64,000 nucleotides of DNA, taken from Laetmonice hystrix. Taxonomy: Eukaryota. The DNA lies in NCBI GenBank assembly GCA_965235115.1, contig OZ249438.1:9052001-9116000 (forward strand), in the 5' to 3' direction. How positions within the stretch are numbered: position 1 is the stretch's first letter; each line of letters opens with the position of its first letter. A model generated the notes under the pieces. It was given only the letters and a program-made list of their open reading frames with translations, did no database searches and was not told the origin of the DNA. Positions 23,392-37,000 of the stretch are shown here, piece after piece. A program made the translations under genes and the position numbers.

Positions 23392-24177
23392 CTAGAGACA
23401 CCGTTCACAAATAATACCTTCCTAATCCTCAACGATGTAATATGTATTATGCCTATATATACGCAGAATTTATAGACCTAGCGCTAATTAACTGTAGGCC
23501 TAATCAGTAAATCACAGTCCGGAATAGTCTAACGTTAGAGGCCTAATTACTGTCCCACTATAACAGTATAAGTGTAACTAACTTCACAACCGCGCCCTGC
23601 GTCAATTAGGTCAGGGGTGTGGACTGAATTTTGTACACACGGTGTATAGGCCTATTCCTGGTACGATATATCCGCCCGTGCACACAAACGATATACGTTT
23701 ACCCCATGGTGTATATGCCAGGTAATCCACCACATAAAGTCACACCACATAAAGTCACAACCGCCGGGGTTTACTATCTGTCTATCATTGTCAGCTGGCA
23801 AGACGATTCGATACACGTGTGACTACTACTCCCTTATCATCTGGACTCTCCTGGCGTCAGATTCCAACGTATACCGTGCACCGTCAGCGGTCTGAGCATA
23901 AATATCTCCTGATAACCCGAGCCACGTTGGCACATTGTATCCGTCATAGCTCAAACTAGTAGGCCTTATGACAGTGTCCTGGCGTTCCAGAACGCTGCAT
24001 ATTTATGTCGATGTAGGCCTATAATCTTATTCCATGCCTTAATGCCTACAGTTGGCCTGCTAATCAAGGAGTTGTCAGTTCCAGTTGATGCAGTTATTCC
24101 TGGACCGTCTGGTGGCGCACTCCTGTTGATGTAGGCACTATCATTCTCACCGCATCACTGCAGACTCGCCTACTCAC

Positions 24178-24212
24178 TGCAGACGTTTATCTGCTGTCTC
24201 TGAATCCAGCAT
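24178..24212 (-). CDS. fusl: Fuseless-like coding exon 1: MLDSETADKRL(H/Q)
   Basis: First in-frame ATG after an upstream TAA; CA|gtgagt donor in phase 2, matching the phase-2 acceptor of the next exon. Confidence 0.6.
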
Positions 24213-24299
24213 CCTTCCATACGGAAATGTTTTCCTGGATCCGACACAACAGAACAGTGACCAACAACGGTTCAATATTGTGCCCAGCACTGACCTACT

Positions 24300-26820
24300 T
24301 TAGTATAATGGTGCAGTATTTGGCTCACTGCCTGACGAGCCCGCGTCGGCCCCCGACCAAAACACTTTGATGCTTGCTGACTTCTGCTGGCAGTATCAGC
24401 CACTGGCCGGATTTGGTTGCCGGTTGTCACAGCGCATGCGCTGACAGGAGGTGTTCAGTTCCGGGCCACCACGTGGGAGGTCACCATCTGTTCTATATTC
24501 TGTTCCTATAAATTATGTTGATGTTATCCATACTACACGTGGGCCTACATGTCGAGCAGTCGGGTGCGCCTTCAATTGTGCCGCGTAGTCGGGAGGAGTG
24601 GCAATCGTTATGCACGCCCGGGGGAGGCATAGTCTCACGAAGGCTTCCTAGGCCCTTGTCGATGTAGGCCTATAGGCCACCCCAAGCACCCCCCCCCCCG
24701 TACGCTACTTAAAGGAGAAGTCCAGTCAAAAATCACATTTGGACAGCTGCAAGGCATCTATATATACTCACCTTTCAGAGTATTATGGTTGGAAATAAAT
24801 GTCCCCCTATTCCAAGAAGTCATATATTGAACATGACAACCGTGTCAAAATCACTGGCTTTAGCAGCGCAGCCATTTGTTGCTATTGGGCTGACCGGAAG
24901 TGACGTTCCAGGGCTAATCTTTTGCATGCCAGGGCTAGGCTACTAGGCTAAAGGCAGCCGAGGCGGGTGGCAAATTAAGACTTAATTAAGACTAGCTGCC
25001 ATTGCTCGCGGTCGTAGTCAGAGTGGCGCCGGGCCTCAGGGGCCATGAGCTCCCGTCAACATCACACGCATGCACGAATTCAAGTGAGACGAATGCAGGC
25101 GGCCGAAACCCACGGCTGCCCAGATCCGTGTCCACCCTGATATGTCCCCTGACATCGGTAGGCTTTTCCTAGCTATTCCTCATCACTATCGATTGTTTTC
25201 GTCTTGTTTTTATTTTGCTTATAAGCTGTCAACGTTCGCTGCCTTCCAAATCGATCAACGCAACAGGTGCGTCAGCTTTTAGTTCCTCCCAAACTGGGAA
25301 GCAGTCGTGCTGCGCATGCTCGCCTAGGGCGATCATGCGCACTTTGAGATTAGCCCAAGGAACAGACGCTATGGCGGTCACCAGCAGCGGAGTAGGTTCT
25401 AAGCAGGCTCCGGCACTAAAGTGCTTATATCTTAACTATTTGAGCACCAATTGTGTTCAAAATTTTTCTTTGAATGTAGTCTGATACCCACAGAAATGGA
25501 GAAATTCCACATTCCAGTTGCCTGTTGTCTCTATGAAGCGATCGTCTTATGGCTGGTTGATGACAACAGTGGAATCTCCAGTCTGGATTGAAGAGACCTG
25601 AGCGATAATCCAAGTAGAATAAGTTCCTAGGGATTAATGGGGCGCTGATGCTTCTATCCTAATTAATAAAATCGGATTTGACACCAGATGGTGCCACCAT
25701 AGACCGGGCTCACACCTAGGGCCAAGTTGATTCAGGAGTTGCAAATGACATGAGCGTGGCAACGGCGTTGCATGACATCAAGCTGTCCGCCATTAGTATT
25801 TAGTGAGTGTAGCGAGGGGTGTTTGCTCTAGTGTTGAATAACTTGAACGTGTAAACTCTTATCCTTTGAGTTACGGTACATGTAAATATATAATTATTGT
25901 TCCTTTCACGTAATGTACCCATATGAGAACGTTTCCTAAACGTTTACTATACGTTTTGGCGAAAGACACGCCTCAGAGAGGAGCACAGTTGCCTCAAATG
26001 ACCTCAGTTGTCAGCAGGTTTCCGAAAACATCTACCTGTGGCGAAAATATTAATTCCCTTCTCCGCTTACAAGTGTAACTCTTTCAAAGAAATCGAAACA
26101 CAGGTGTTGTCAATTTTTCAGGCCATTTCCTTGAACAAACCCTGCATGATGGTGTCACCTAACGTTTCGGTCACGCTCTTTGATCCGAGTTCCATCCGTC
26201 ACTATTTGTCCTCACCAACCTGTTCACAGAGGTGAGTGCGTGTTCTTGGCAAGATCAAAATCTTCATTAAAGGTGAAACAAAATCCCCACTAGTTAACCA
26301 ATTTTTTGATTGGCCATGGTAAGTCATATTTTAAAAGATCCTAGCTTTTAAGAGTTGCATATGTTCGGGATTATGTGAAGACCCTCACACATATGTTTGC
26401 CTGTCCTAAGGTATGTCTGTCTATGTGCAATGGTGCGGGTCGAGGTCGAGGCGGAACTGTCGGTGTGGGCTCTGACAGGCAGTCAGTCCATTGGGAGAAC
26501 CCCACAGAGACCAGGCTGATTCACGCGGGAACGGAGGCGCGGTCAGCCCCCAACCGACCCCCTCCATTCGTACAGGGGACATTCGTACAGTGTGTGATTA
26601 TGTTCAGGATCAAGTATTTCTCTTTTCGCCCCTGAAACGGTCATCCTGAACACAGGGCCATACCGACGGCCGAATGGATCGCCCCAGGTGAAGTGATCGC
26701 ATAACTGGAATTCCCTTTTGTTTCAACATGCATGCTGGCGCGATTTTGGCAAAGTACGTCATAGAGTCGCTGAGCGGCGCCGAGGTCTAAACAACCTCCA
26801 GCGTGGCGAGGATAGTTCAG
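24300..26820. promoter_or_regulatory. Divergent promoter region between the fuseless-like gene (-) and the AKAP6/klar-like gene (+)
   Basis: CpG-rich patches; NRF1-type GCGCATGCGC at 24432-24441; E-box CACGTG at 24470; ETS-CRE CCGGAAGTGACGT at 24894-24906; candidate + strand non-coding first-exon donor CAG|gtatgg at 26821. Confidence 0.5.
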
Positions 26821-28042
26821 GTATGGTGGTACATTTATTGTTTATAATTAGAAGAGGAGAGTAGTTATTTAATAGATATATCCATGTCGTCATGATATAC
26901 CTGAGATAAACGGGGCGGAATGGGTTCAAGCCTTGAAACCAGGTCAGAGACTTCAGACACCAACACGTGGTGTACGTTGTCGTGGTATACCGCAGGAGAC
27001 GTGAGTAGGCTTATCAAATAGTATATTTACCTTCCCAACCAACTGTAATTATGTTAAAAAAGCAGCACTCGTAGATCCAGGGGTTGGGGAGAGGGAGGGG
27101 TATGCCTTCTCCAAGACTTTATAAGCCGGTAAGGATGAAATGCTCGCGTTTCTGACTGCCATTAATTGTTTTTGATGGTTTGTTTAATTTTGTTCTGCCC
27201 ACATAAGGTATGTAGTGTGAGTAATAAATGTCATAAAAAACAGGGACACATACGTACTTGAATCGGTTATCTTTATGGCTGAACCCCCTCCCCCTTAAAA
27301 AAGGACCCACCCGCTAAAACTGTAGCCTATCGGTATAGCAGACTGTCATAAAAGCTAATCTTATAGTTATTTTTTTGAAATATAAACTTATCAGAATTAG
27401 GTACACCAAACTCTGTGACTTATCTTTTGATTGCCACTCCAATTGTCCATTATTTCGGACTGTACCAAGTATGCCTATATCAGAATCACCATCAGACGAC
27501 GGGCGTGTCTACATGTACACTCTCTGTGTGTCGGTTATTATTGCATGCTGAACACGATGCTGTCCATTGATGGATCCCTAGTATGAGAATGGATTCCATA
27601 CAGTATGACTCAATAATATGCTAACTAGGATACAATGGCATGGAAACGTTTAAAACAAGTGTGTATGTTTTTTAACTGACCTGTACATATAAATAGTGGC
27701 ACATCCCCATTCAAGTAGTTCGTGAGCGACTCTTCTCAACTGGAATGTTGAATTTCATTAGATTTCTTCATTTCTGTGGGTATACATTTATTGATTTATG
27801 CCATCTAATCTAACAGCCCACGTCTTATTTTGGGGTCTTTGAAATAAGAGATAATCGTGATGAGCTTTAAGATTTAAACCTGTTTTGAACCATTCGGCCT
27901 GTTTTACCCCCTAAAATTTGTCCAATCCCTTGGAATAAATTAGCTGTGAAACATGTAAGCAGATCGAATGACCTAATATAATATACATTATAAGATCCTT
28001 ACATCTGTGCTGCGCTGCGTTTCAGCTTTCGTATTGGTCGGA

Positions 28043-28220
28043 ATGATCCCCACCGGAAGTGACGTCATCGATCCAGGTCCGACCCGGCGTCGCCGTCGGA
28101 CGCCTACAGCGGGTAGGGACAACGAGACGAGAAAACGGAGACGGTGTGGAGAGGAAGACAATGAGGAGAGAGTTCTCCTTGCTTCTCTCACCCGACTCTC
28201 AAATCGGGGAGTTCTCAAAG
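28043..28220 (+). CDS. Putative first coding exon: MIPTGSDVIDPGPTRRRRRTPTAGRDNETRKRRRCGEEDNEERVLLASLTRLSNRGVLK(E)
   Basis: Part of ORF 28007-28288; acceptor tttcag| at 28025/28026; donor AAAG|gtcagt at 28221 in phase 1, matching the phase-1 acceptor at 30169. Confidence 0.55.
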
Positions 28221-30168
28221 GTCAGTTCCTGGGCGGACTAACTGTTTGGGTGACGGAATGGGAAAATAACAAAATGTGGTCGGGCTAACCAGGCGCGTGT
28301 CCGGGGGGGGGGGGCACATAGTAAAATCCTGCACACGCGCCTGCTAACCCTGCTACAGAACGATGCAAGAAGAAAAGTGCCGCCTTGCAATCAGTGTGGG
28401 TTTTGCCGACAAGTACATGTATATTGGAAGTGATATGTTTCTCTCTTCCTCCCCCCCCCCCCACCCCCACCCTTACCTTTGTCCCGTTACCCTGATATTT
28501 CGGCCCTGCGTCGTCTTAGCTGTTTACTTGATCGAGTTCAGTTTTACATTCATTTTTCATTTTCTTCACAGTTACGTTAGGTAATGCCTATCAGATGGTA
28601 CGCGAAACTAGTTTATTTAAATGTCTTAAACACAGTACGAAAGATTCCGACATATATTCTTTGAAATGAAAATATCAGAAGTAAATATTATGTTTGCGTC
28701 ATATTAATAACTCTGGGGGTTAAAGAAGGCAAATAGAGGAGCATGTCTGGGATGGGGTTGGAGTAAGAGTTGTCTCTGACATGAGTCCTCGATTGTTTAT
28801 GTCCCACAGGTTGGCAAACTGGTAGGCCAATGCGTGTGTAATACATGCAACTGAGTTGCAGGTCGAGGAGTTTGGGGAGGTGGGGGTATAGTGTTCTGAG
28901 CGTGCAAGGCACACAGAGACCATGGAATATGTATCTTTGTCAACGCTTTTGTACAAGTATATCTAAAAGGAGGGGGCATTGCCCCCTTGGATCTGCCACT
29001 GTAGACCTATTTAAAGTTGTGTGTATCTGAAAACATTCCACAGCCCAGGTGTTTGATGTATAAGGAGGACTTTTTTGTGAGGTGGAGATATTGCTGGAAC
29101 TATTCCCTTCTTCCCTTTGAGATATATGTGGGTCCCAAACTGTTAATGATTGTCAGTTATTCCGAACAGCTAGAGGCCTACCGATATATTATATTTACCA
29201 CTGCTGTTTTTCTTTCATCTGGGCTTGAGGGGTCATACAGTACTATTACATGTCAGCAAACTTAGAAGCGATTAGTTTTAAATCGTTCTTTCTCAGCACG
29301 ATCCTCTGCAAAAAAGTGACGTTTGCAAAAAGTGGTCACTGTTTATGGCTGAGCATTCACCTCGGAGTCAGTAAAAGAGCGAAAATCCGCGGCCAGTGTT
29401 AGTTTTGGCGGGAGTTCAAGGACGCAGAGCAAAACGAGTAGAGTGCAAACAAGGATGGCCCAACGCAAACCCCTCTCGACAACCCCAAGTGAAAAATGCA
29501 AACATTTTGTTAAGACATCTGGAACGCCATTGGCAACAGGCTAGTGCCATCTACGGTAGGATATGGGTCGTTGGACGGGAGTCAAGGGACGCGGGTACAA
29601 TGTAGCTTTGTTGAACGAAATGTAAGGGTTGCTTGGCTGAGGTGACTGGAGAAGGTAGGGGGTGTAGGGAGGGGTAGACACACTCCCTTGGGTTGGTTTA
29701 TTGTTGATGTTTTTGATTCTGTTGGCATGCATCTTTAATCTGGCAATGAACACATAATATGAAGAACAAATAGATTTGGATAGACCTGCACTAAATGTGT
29801 TTGTATACATTCAGAAGTTCGGTCCGAATTTTCTCAAGTTTGGTGTCATTAGGAAAACTGATCTACTAGTCTACCAGTAGACCATTAAACGAGGCAGACA
29901 AACATCTTGTAGATATAGCTAATCTGATACACAGCACAATTCCCCGTGGCAGGTTTTCCAAATCCAAAAAAAAAGGACTTCAGATCAAAGTATCAAAGAA
30001 AATGGGAATGGGTGGGGGTCCGTCTTGGGCTGCCCTGGCTATCCTTCCACCCCTCCCCCACCAACCCCAAACCCCCACCCCCACCCCCACCCCCACCCCC
30101 ATGATCTGTTGTGTCACCATGCACAAATGTCAACGTCTAACTCTGTCCTCCACCTCCGACCTGCACAG

Positions 30169-30344
30169 AGTACGGGCGGTCGGTCCGGGACGGCTGTGTG
30201 TACGGGGCGGTAGTACGGGAGCTCCACGACACAGGCTGCTGGCTGAGAGAAACTATGGCCAGGTGTGACAGACTGGGGGGACAGGGTAGGATGCCCTGTC
30301 TACTGTGGAGGGAACACAACGGAAAATACCTCCACCTACTCAAG
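30169..30344 (+). CDS. Spectrin-like repeat helix A exon: YGRSVRDGCVYGAVVRELHDTGCWLRETMARCDRLGGQGRMPCLLWREHNGKYLHLLK
   Basis: CTAAC branch point (30137) + pyrimidine tract + cag|; donor AAG|gtgagt; WLRxTxxR and a terminal LK resemble the AKAP6 N-terminal region as recalled. Confidence 0.75.
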
Positions 30345-33300
30345 GTGAGTGAGTTTGGATTGCCAGGGGTGGGTCCGGGATTTTGGAGAAAATAGAGAAA
30401 AATCGACAAAAGGGGAGGTGTCATGCCACCTGAATCCTCATGTGATCTGCTTAAATAAATAGAGGAAATGATACACATGAATAGGGGTTTTTAAAGTAAT
30501 TTATGACAATTTGTAACTAATTCGTTGCAGGATCGTCTGATTATTGCGAATAACCCCGTGAAGTTAATCCTATTGATAAAACCACCTCTGAATGTTTGGA
30601 TTAACCCAATCCTTTGATCCATTAACATGGTACTCAGATATCTACTGACACATAGAATCACGCTTATTGTTTTAGTTTCGAACTACTGTACATAAACTTT
30701 CCGATCTCGTTAGATACTGTCCACGAGGCCACATGTCAATGTAAATGAATAGAGCGCTGGAACCGGGTGTTTATAAACAACACAGAGCCTTGGGTCAGTC
30801 AATAAACTCTGCCTTATTACAACATTGAACATGCTGAGATTCAAGGACGTCATTTCCCTTGGGTAAAGACCGACATCCTCGAGAATCTGCTCTTGCTTGT
30901 TTCCAAGCCTTCGCCACAGACCTGTTTTCAAATTTAGTCAAAGATGACTTTTCCAAGTAAGCCTACATGACTGTGTAGGTTTACTTGGTGGTATATATAG
31001 GCTAAAACATACGCCATGTCAAACGAGTGACACCCTGGCCATTACGGCACACTTATAGACGTCCAGGTGTGGTCTGCTGTTATTTTTTTTAAAGAATCTC
31101 GCCATATAATGGCATTATCAACCCCCCCCCACACACACACACAGGGGGAGAGCCTGGGGGAGAGAAAACGAGAGGGGGGCTATTTATAAAAACACACCCT
31201 CAAGATTTACCCAACCCGGTAAACAAATTCGGTCAGTGTCACAGGACCCAGCACCTTATGGACGGTGCATATTTCCTGAGACACAGTCCATACCGACTCG
31301 TGTTTTTACTGAGACACCGACCAAGTGGAAAGGTGACCTTCCTGGGACAGAAAAAAATGTAATCACTCATAAGATGGCGTCTGTGTGGAAATAGGAGAAA
31401 CCCAGGAGTTGTAACAAAAAGCCCACTGCTGTTTAGGGCCTCCTCTGTGTTGACCTAACCTTCTGCCAAAGTTGCATATACTCAGAGAAAAATGTTTTGC
31501 TTAAGTGAGGGATTAGGTTTTTTTCCCTCGTGGTTGAGATTCCTAGAGATTTGTAGATGCCATGTCTGTCGACGTATCAATGAAGGCCCCTGTATCAGGT
31601 ATGGTTTATAGGAAGGTCTCCACTCTTCTACCATTTCCATCAGTATCAGTTCTCCGATGACTTCATGGTCTTTACATAGCAAGGCATTTTGGTCTAGGCT
31701 TACCCAGTACTTTAATTGCCACTGACAAACCCCTTTGAGAAGATTGTGGGTTCCCATAAACCTGAATATTGGGAATGGCAGCAAGTCACACTGGCATCAG
31801 GCTACTGTATTTAGTTTTTTGTTATTTATTGGTCAGCATAGTTTTATGCTTTTCGCCCCAATGTTCCTCAAGTTTCAGTGGGGATCCACTCCCTTTGTTC
31901 AACCATGCACATACATCTGTGGTTGAACATGATAAACCAGAAAAATATCCCTGGTTTCCATTCACCATATCCATTGAGGAACTACAACCAGTATGTCGTA
32001 GGCCTACATCGTTCCCTGAAGGGGAAGGGGTCATTAAGAGGCGGTAGCCCCCACCCCTCAAGAATTCAAATAAAATGTCTGGCTTACCCCCTCGCCCAAA
32101 AATAACTATAGACATAGATCTAATATAGGCCAAGGCTCCGTGTCGAGGCCAGAGATGGTGAGGCCGACCGAGGATTTGACTAGGGTTGTTTTCTGTGTAA
32201 AACACCAGGGGGCACTGCAGATGGCCGTTCGATGGGCTTAGCAATACGTTTAGGCCTATGTCAGTTTCACGAATTACCTATAATAGACCCCTACATGTAC
32301 TACATTGTAGGTCTATAGGTTAAAAGGCGAACAGTGGCCGCAGTAAGGCAACCATTACAGTCCCGATACTCATGTCAGCGCGAAGATTCGGGACCCCAGG
32401 GCAAATGTCGGAAAAGCTTTCATTATAGATAACGTCAGGCCATCCTTGTAACTCTTCGCATTCTTTAGTCGGTAATTTGATACGACTTACACACAAACGA
32501 CATTAAAATTACTAAAATTCTTTGAATACGATTATTTTACTCCTTTTTAAAAAGATCTTAATCAGTTCGTATAACAACATTGTCATTTAACGCAAGAATT
32601 TCCTTTTCCACAAAGTATAGGCTGAGTTGTCAAAAATAAATAAACACAAAGACAGAAAACACATCAGTGAGCCCATTAATACCGGTGGCATCTACAAACA
32701 GGTACCACATGCTGTGAACGAGGGGAAAAGTCAATCCTTGACTTTTGTTTGATTTTCGGATTGTCCCTTTGAGTGCACTCGTAGTATACGACAAAACAGG
32801 TTTTATATAATGTCCTTTAGCACGTGATGTTGGAGAATCATTAAGGTAGGCCTATACTATTTTAAGTCATGTCATCTATTTAAAAACTATGTAATCCAAC
32901 ACCCCCCCCCCCTTCGATAGTCAAGAAATGTGACAGGCATAATTGAAACCAGCAGCTCCGCATAAGCGAGGATGTAATTATCCCATCCCCATGGATTCCC
33001 AGTCACGGTGGGGCTGGATGATTAAGCCTATGTGTATTCAAAGTGACATAACTGAATTAGCTGTAGTTTTGAACTGTAGGTGTACCTGTCTAATACATAT
33101 GTTTTTTTTTAATCTTACATAGGAGTAGAGTTGAATAAAACAATACCTTGATTGTTGGCTGTGGAGTTCAAGTGAGGCAAACTTTTGGTCAGCTGCACAA
33201 GGCTTCAGCCTGAGCCAACAACGTGGTGTGGATGACAGTCGCACTTATTGTTCTTGCGTAAAACTGCCCTGCCAGAGTGCTTTATGATATCTGTAATATT

Positions 33301-34009
33301 TTTCATGATGCCCGTAACGGGTATCTATCTGCATAAGGACTATAATATTTCATAATGTCAAAGGGATGCTATGTAACATCCATGTTACAATATAGGCAAT
33401 GATAGAAAACCATTGGAGAAACGGGACCTACCTGTATTGCTTAGCAATCAGAGTTTCTAGATAGAATTAAGATTATAACGTTTCCTTCCACAATGATTAA
33501 TATATCAAAATAGGTAGGTATACCATGCGGTAGACCTCTATGATCCCTTTCGATATGTCAGGGGCGGATCTTCACTTCTTTTTGAAGAATTGACAAAAAT
33601 TATTGTTAGGCTACGTCCTAATACAGCCACGTGTCTAGGATTTTGAGCAGGGTGGTCTCGGAAATGCATTATATTTTGTGTATTCATTACTCAACCAGTT
33701 TAGAATATGCGGAATGCTTTGCACCTGTTCGTTCGATGTCGTTCCGTTGAATCTAAGGGGAAAAAATCTATGCTCTAGGGGAGCAGGGAAGGAGGGGGCC
33801 GGCGACATGCGCCTGAAATACTTTGAGAAACTTCACATCTAGCTCCAGAAATAACGTTCTTTGACCTTCTAAATTCAAGTCCCCCCCCCCATGTTCGCCT
33901 TGCACCTTTGGTGTCCGCCTTTCTTGCAGTACTGGATCTGAGCCTGCATGAAAGCAGGAGCATGACGTATGAGATTATAATGATGTTAACAGCCTACAAC
34001 TCGTCAACT

Positions 34010-37000
34010 GGGAAAGGTGGAGCCATGGTTACTGTTGAACAGGAATAGGAAGTGTCTTTTAAGGCTTCTAGTTACTCATGTAGTTAGACAAGGCGAATAT
34101 CAGTTGCTATTGGAAATATATTGATGAAACTTAGGCCATAGGTTGACCATGGTCTAAGGACCTCAAATCTCAAAGGACGATGTCATGTGACCTAAGGTCA
34201 CGAGGTTATGACCTAAAACCACGTTTTTAAGGGCTAGAAAGGTGTCTCATTGTCCAGGGCCAGGAGCAGTTAAAGAAAATACATTCATACTAGAGACCTT
34301 GGCTCTTAGACGTCAATATTTTTTTTCATCAGTTTGACCTCTGACCTTTGACATTGCTGAGATCTAGGTCAGAGGGCATAATTGCTTAAATCACTACTCC
34401 TCCCTTAATTTTAATGGAAACTTGTCCATATTTGACAAGAGGGTTCTCTATGGACAGTTTAACTAAGGTTCTCTAACGTTGTTTCGATTTGACCTATATT
34501 AAGTGAGTCACGTGACCATGAATTTATCAACTTGATCCGTTTGCATAAAAGGGCCTGTCATTTGAAAACGGTGAGAGATAGGGCCATAGTTACTATTGAA
34601 CTCTAATAGAAAGTCATAGATGGTCTTTCATGTGCCGCCATTTTTGTTTCGCTAGAGTGACCTTGAAAGGTCAAATCAATGACCTGCGATATTCAGAGCT
34701 CTGTATCTTTAAAACTTTGCAAGATAGAGCCATAGTTACTATTAATCATGGATAGGAAGTCATATATGGCCATGTGCCGCCATTGTTTGTTTCCCTGGAG
34801 TGACCTGGAAAGGTCAAATCAATGTCCTGCAATAGTCAGACCACTGTATCATGGAAACCGTGCAAGATAGACCCATAGTTTCTATTAATCATAGATAGGA
34901 AGTCGCATATGGCCTTCCATATCCTGCCATTTTATTTCCCTTCAGTGACCTTCAAAGGTCAAAACAATGTCCTGCAATATTCAGAGCTCTGTATCTTGGA
35001 AACCCTGCAAGATAGACCCATAGTTTCTATTAATCATGGATAGGAAGTCGTATATGGCCTTCTATGTCCCACCATTTGTATTTCCCTGGAGTGACCATTA
35101 CTCATGTAGTTAGACAAGGTGAATATATCAGTTTCTATTAGAAATATATTAATGAAACTTAGGCCATATGTTGATCATGGTATAAGGACCTCACATCTCA
35201 AAGGACGATGTCATGTGACCTAAGGTCACGAGGTTATGACCTATAAACCACCTTTTTTTAGGGTTACAAAGGTGTCTCATTGTCGAGGGCCAGAAGCAGC
35301 TAAAGAAAATCCATTCATACTAGAGACCTTGGCTCTTAGGCGTCAATATTTTTTTTCATCAGTTTGACCTCTGACCTTTGACATTCCCGAGATCTAGGTC
35401 AGAGGGCATAATTGCTTAAATCACTACTCCTCCCTTAATTTTAATGGAAACTTGTCCATATTTGACAAGAGGGTTCTCTATGGACAGTTTAACTAAGGTG
35501 CTTCAACGTTGTTTCGATTTGACCTATATTAAGTGAGTCACGTGACCATGTATTTATCAACTTGATCCGTTTGCATAAAAGTGCCTGTCATTTGAAAACG
35601 GTGAGAGATAGGGCCATAGTTACTATTGAACTATAATAGAAAGTCATAGATGGTCTTTCATGTGCCGCCATTTTTGTTTCTCTAGAGTGACCTTGAAAGG
35701 TCAAATCAATGACCTGCGATATTCAGAGCTCTGTATCTTTAAAACTTTGCAAGATAGAGCCATAGTTACTATTAATCATGGATAGGAAGTCATATATGGC
35801 CATGTGCCGCCATTGTTTGTTTCCCTGGAGTGACCTGGAAAGGTCAAATCAATGTCCTGCAATAGTCAGACCTCTGTATCATGGAAACCGTGCAAGATAG
35901 ACCCATAGTTTCTATTAATCATAGATATGAAGTCACATATGGCCTTCCATATCCCGCCATTTTATTTTCCTTCAGTGACCTTGAAAGGTCAAATCAATGT
36001 CGTGCAATATTCAGAGCTCTGTATCTTGGAAACCCTGCAAGATAGACCCATAGTTTCTATTAATCATGGATAGGAAGTCGTATGGCCTTCTATGTCCCAC
36101 CATTTGTATTTCCGTGGAGTGACCATTACTCATGTAGTTAGACAAGGTGAATATATCAGTTTCTATTAGAAATATATTAATGAAACTTAGCCCATATGTT
36201 GATCATGGTATAAGGACCTCACATCTCAAAGGACGATGTCATGTGACCTAAGGTCACGAGGTTATGACCTATAAACCACCTTTTTTTAGGGTTACAAAGG
36301 TGTCTCATTGTCGAGGGCCAGAAGCAGCTAAAGAAAATCCATTCATACTAGAGACCTTGGCTCTTAGGCGTCAATATTTTTTTTCATCAGTTTGACCTCT
36401 GACCTTTGACATTCCCGAGATCTAGGTCAGAGGGCATAATTGCTTAAATCACTACTCCTCCCTTAATTTTAATGGAAACTTGTCCATATTTGTCAAGAGG
36501 GTTCTCTATGGACAGTTTAACTAAGGTTCTCCAATGTTGTTTCGATTTGACCTATATTAAGTCAGTCACGTGACCATGAATTCATCAACTTGATCCGTTT
36601 GTATAAAAGGGCCTGTCATTTGAAAACGGTGAGAGATAGGGCCATAGTTACTATTGAACTCTAATAGAAAGTCATAGATAGTCTTTCATGTGCCGCCATT
36701 TTTGTTTCTCTAGAGTGACCTTGAAAGGTCAAATCAATGACCTGCGATATTCAGAGCTCTGTATCTTTAAAACTTTGCAAGATATAGCCATAGTTTTTAA
36801 TAATCATGGATACGAAGTCATATATGGCCATGTGCCGCCATTGTTTGTTTCCCTGGAGTGACCTGGAAAGGTCAAATCAATGTCCTGCAATAGTCAGACC
36901 TCTGTATCGTGGAAACCGTGCAAGATAGACCCATAGTTTCTATTAATCATAGATAGGAAGTCGTTTATGGCCTTCTATGTCCCACCATTTGTATTTTCCT

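Larger units (their letters stand above)
21238..24212 (-). other. fusl: Gene span (complete CDS): Fuseless-family multi-pass membrane protein, about 397 aa
   Basis: Four exons (35+523+531+105 = 1194 nt) splice in frame from ATG 24212 to TGA 21240-21238. The product has about 8 hydrophobic segments and four WRGxW motifs, as in the Drosophila Fuseless family. Minus-strand AATAAA at 20697-20702 and 20367-20372. Confidence 0.85.

Noticed and set aside
21848-23401. Alternative-frame ORFs 21848-22090 and 23042-23401
   Set aside because: Off-frame shadows of the GC-rich fuseless exons.
24708-24920. TTAAAGGAGAAG start of a third Kolobok-type element (and TTAAAGGTGAA at about 26267)
   Set aside because: No matching opposite end or second TTAA found, so boundaries cannot be called. 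The ETS-CRE at 24894 may derive from it.
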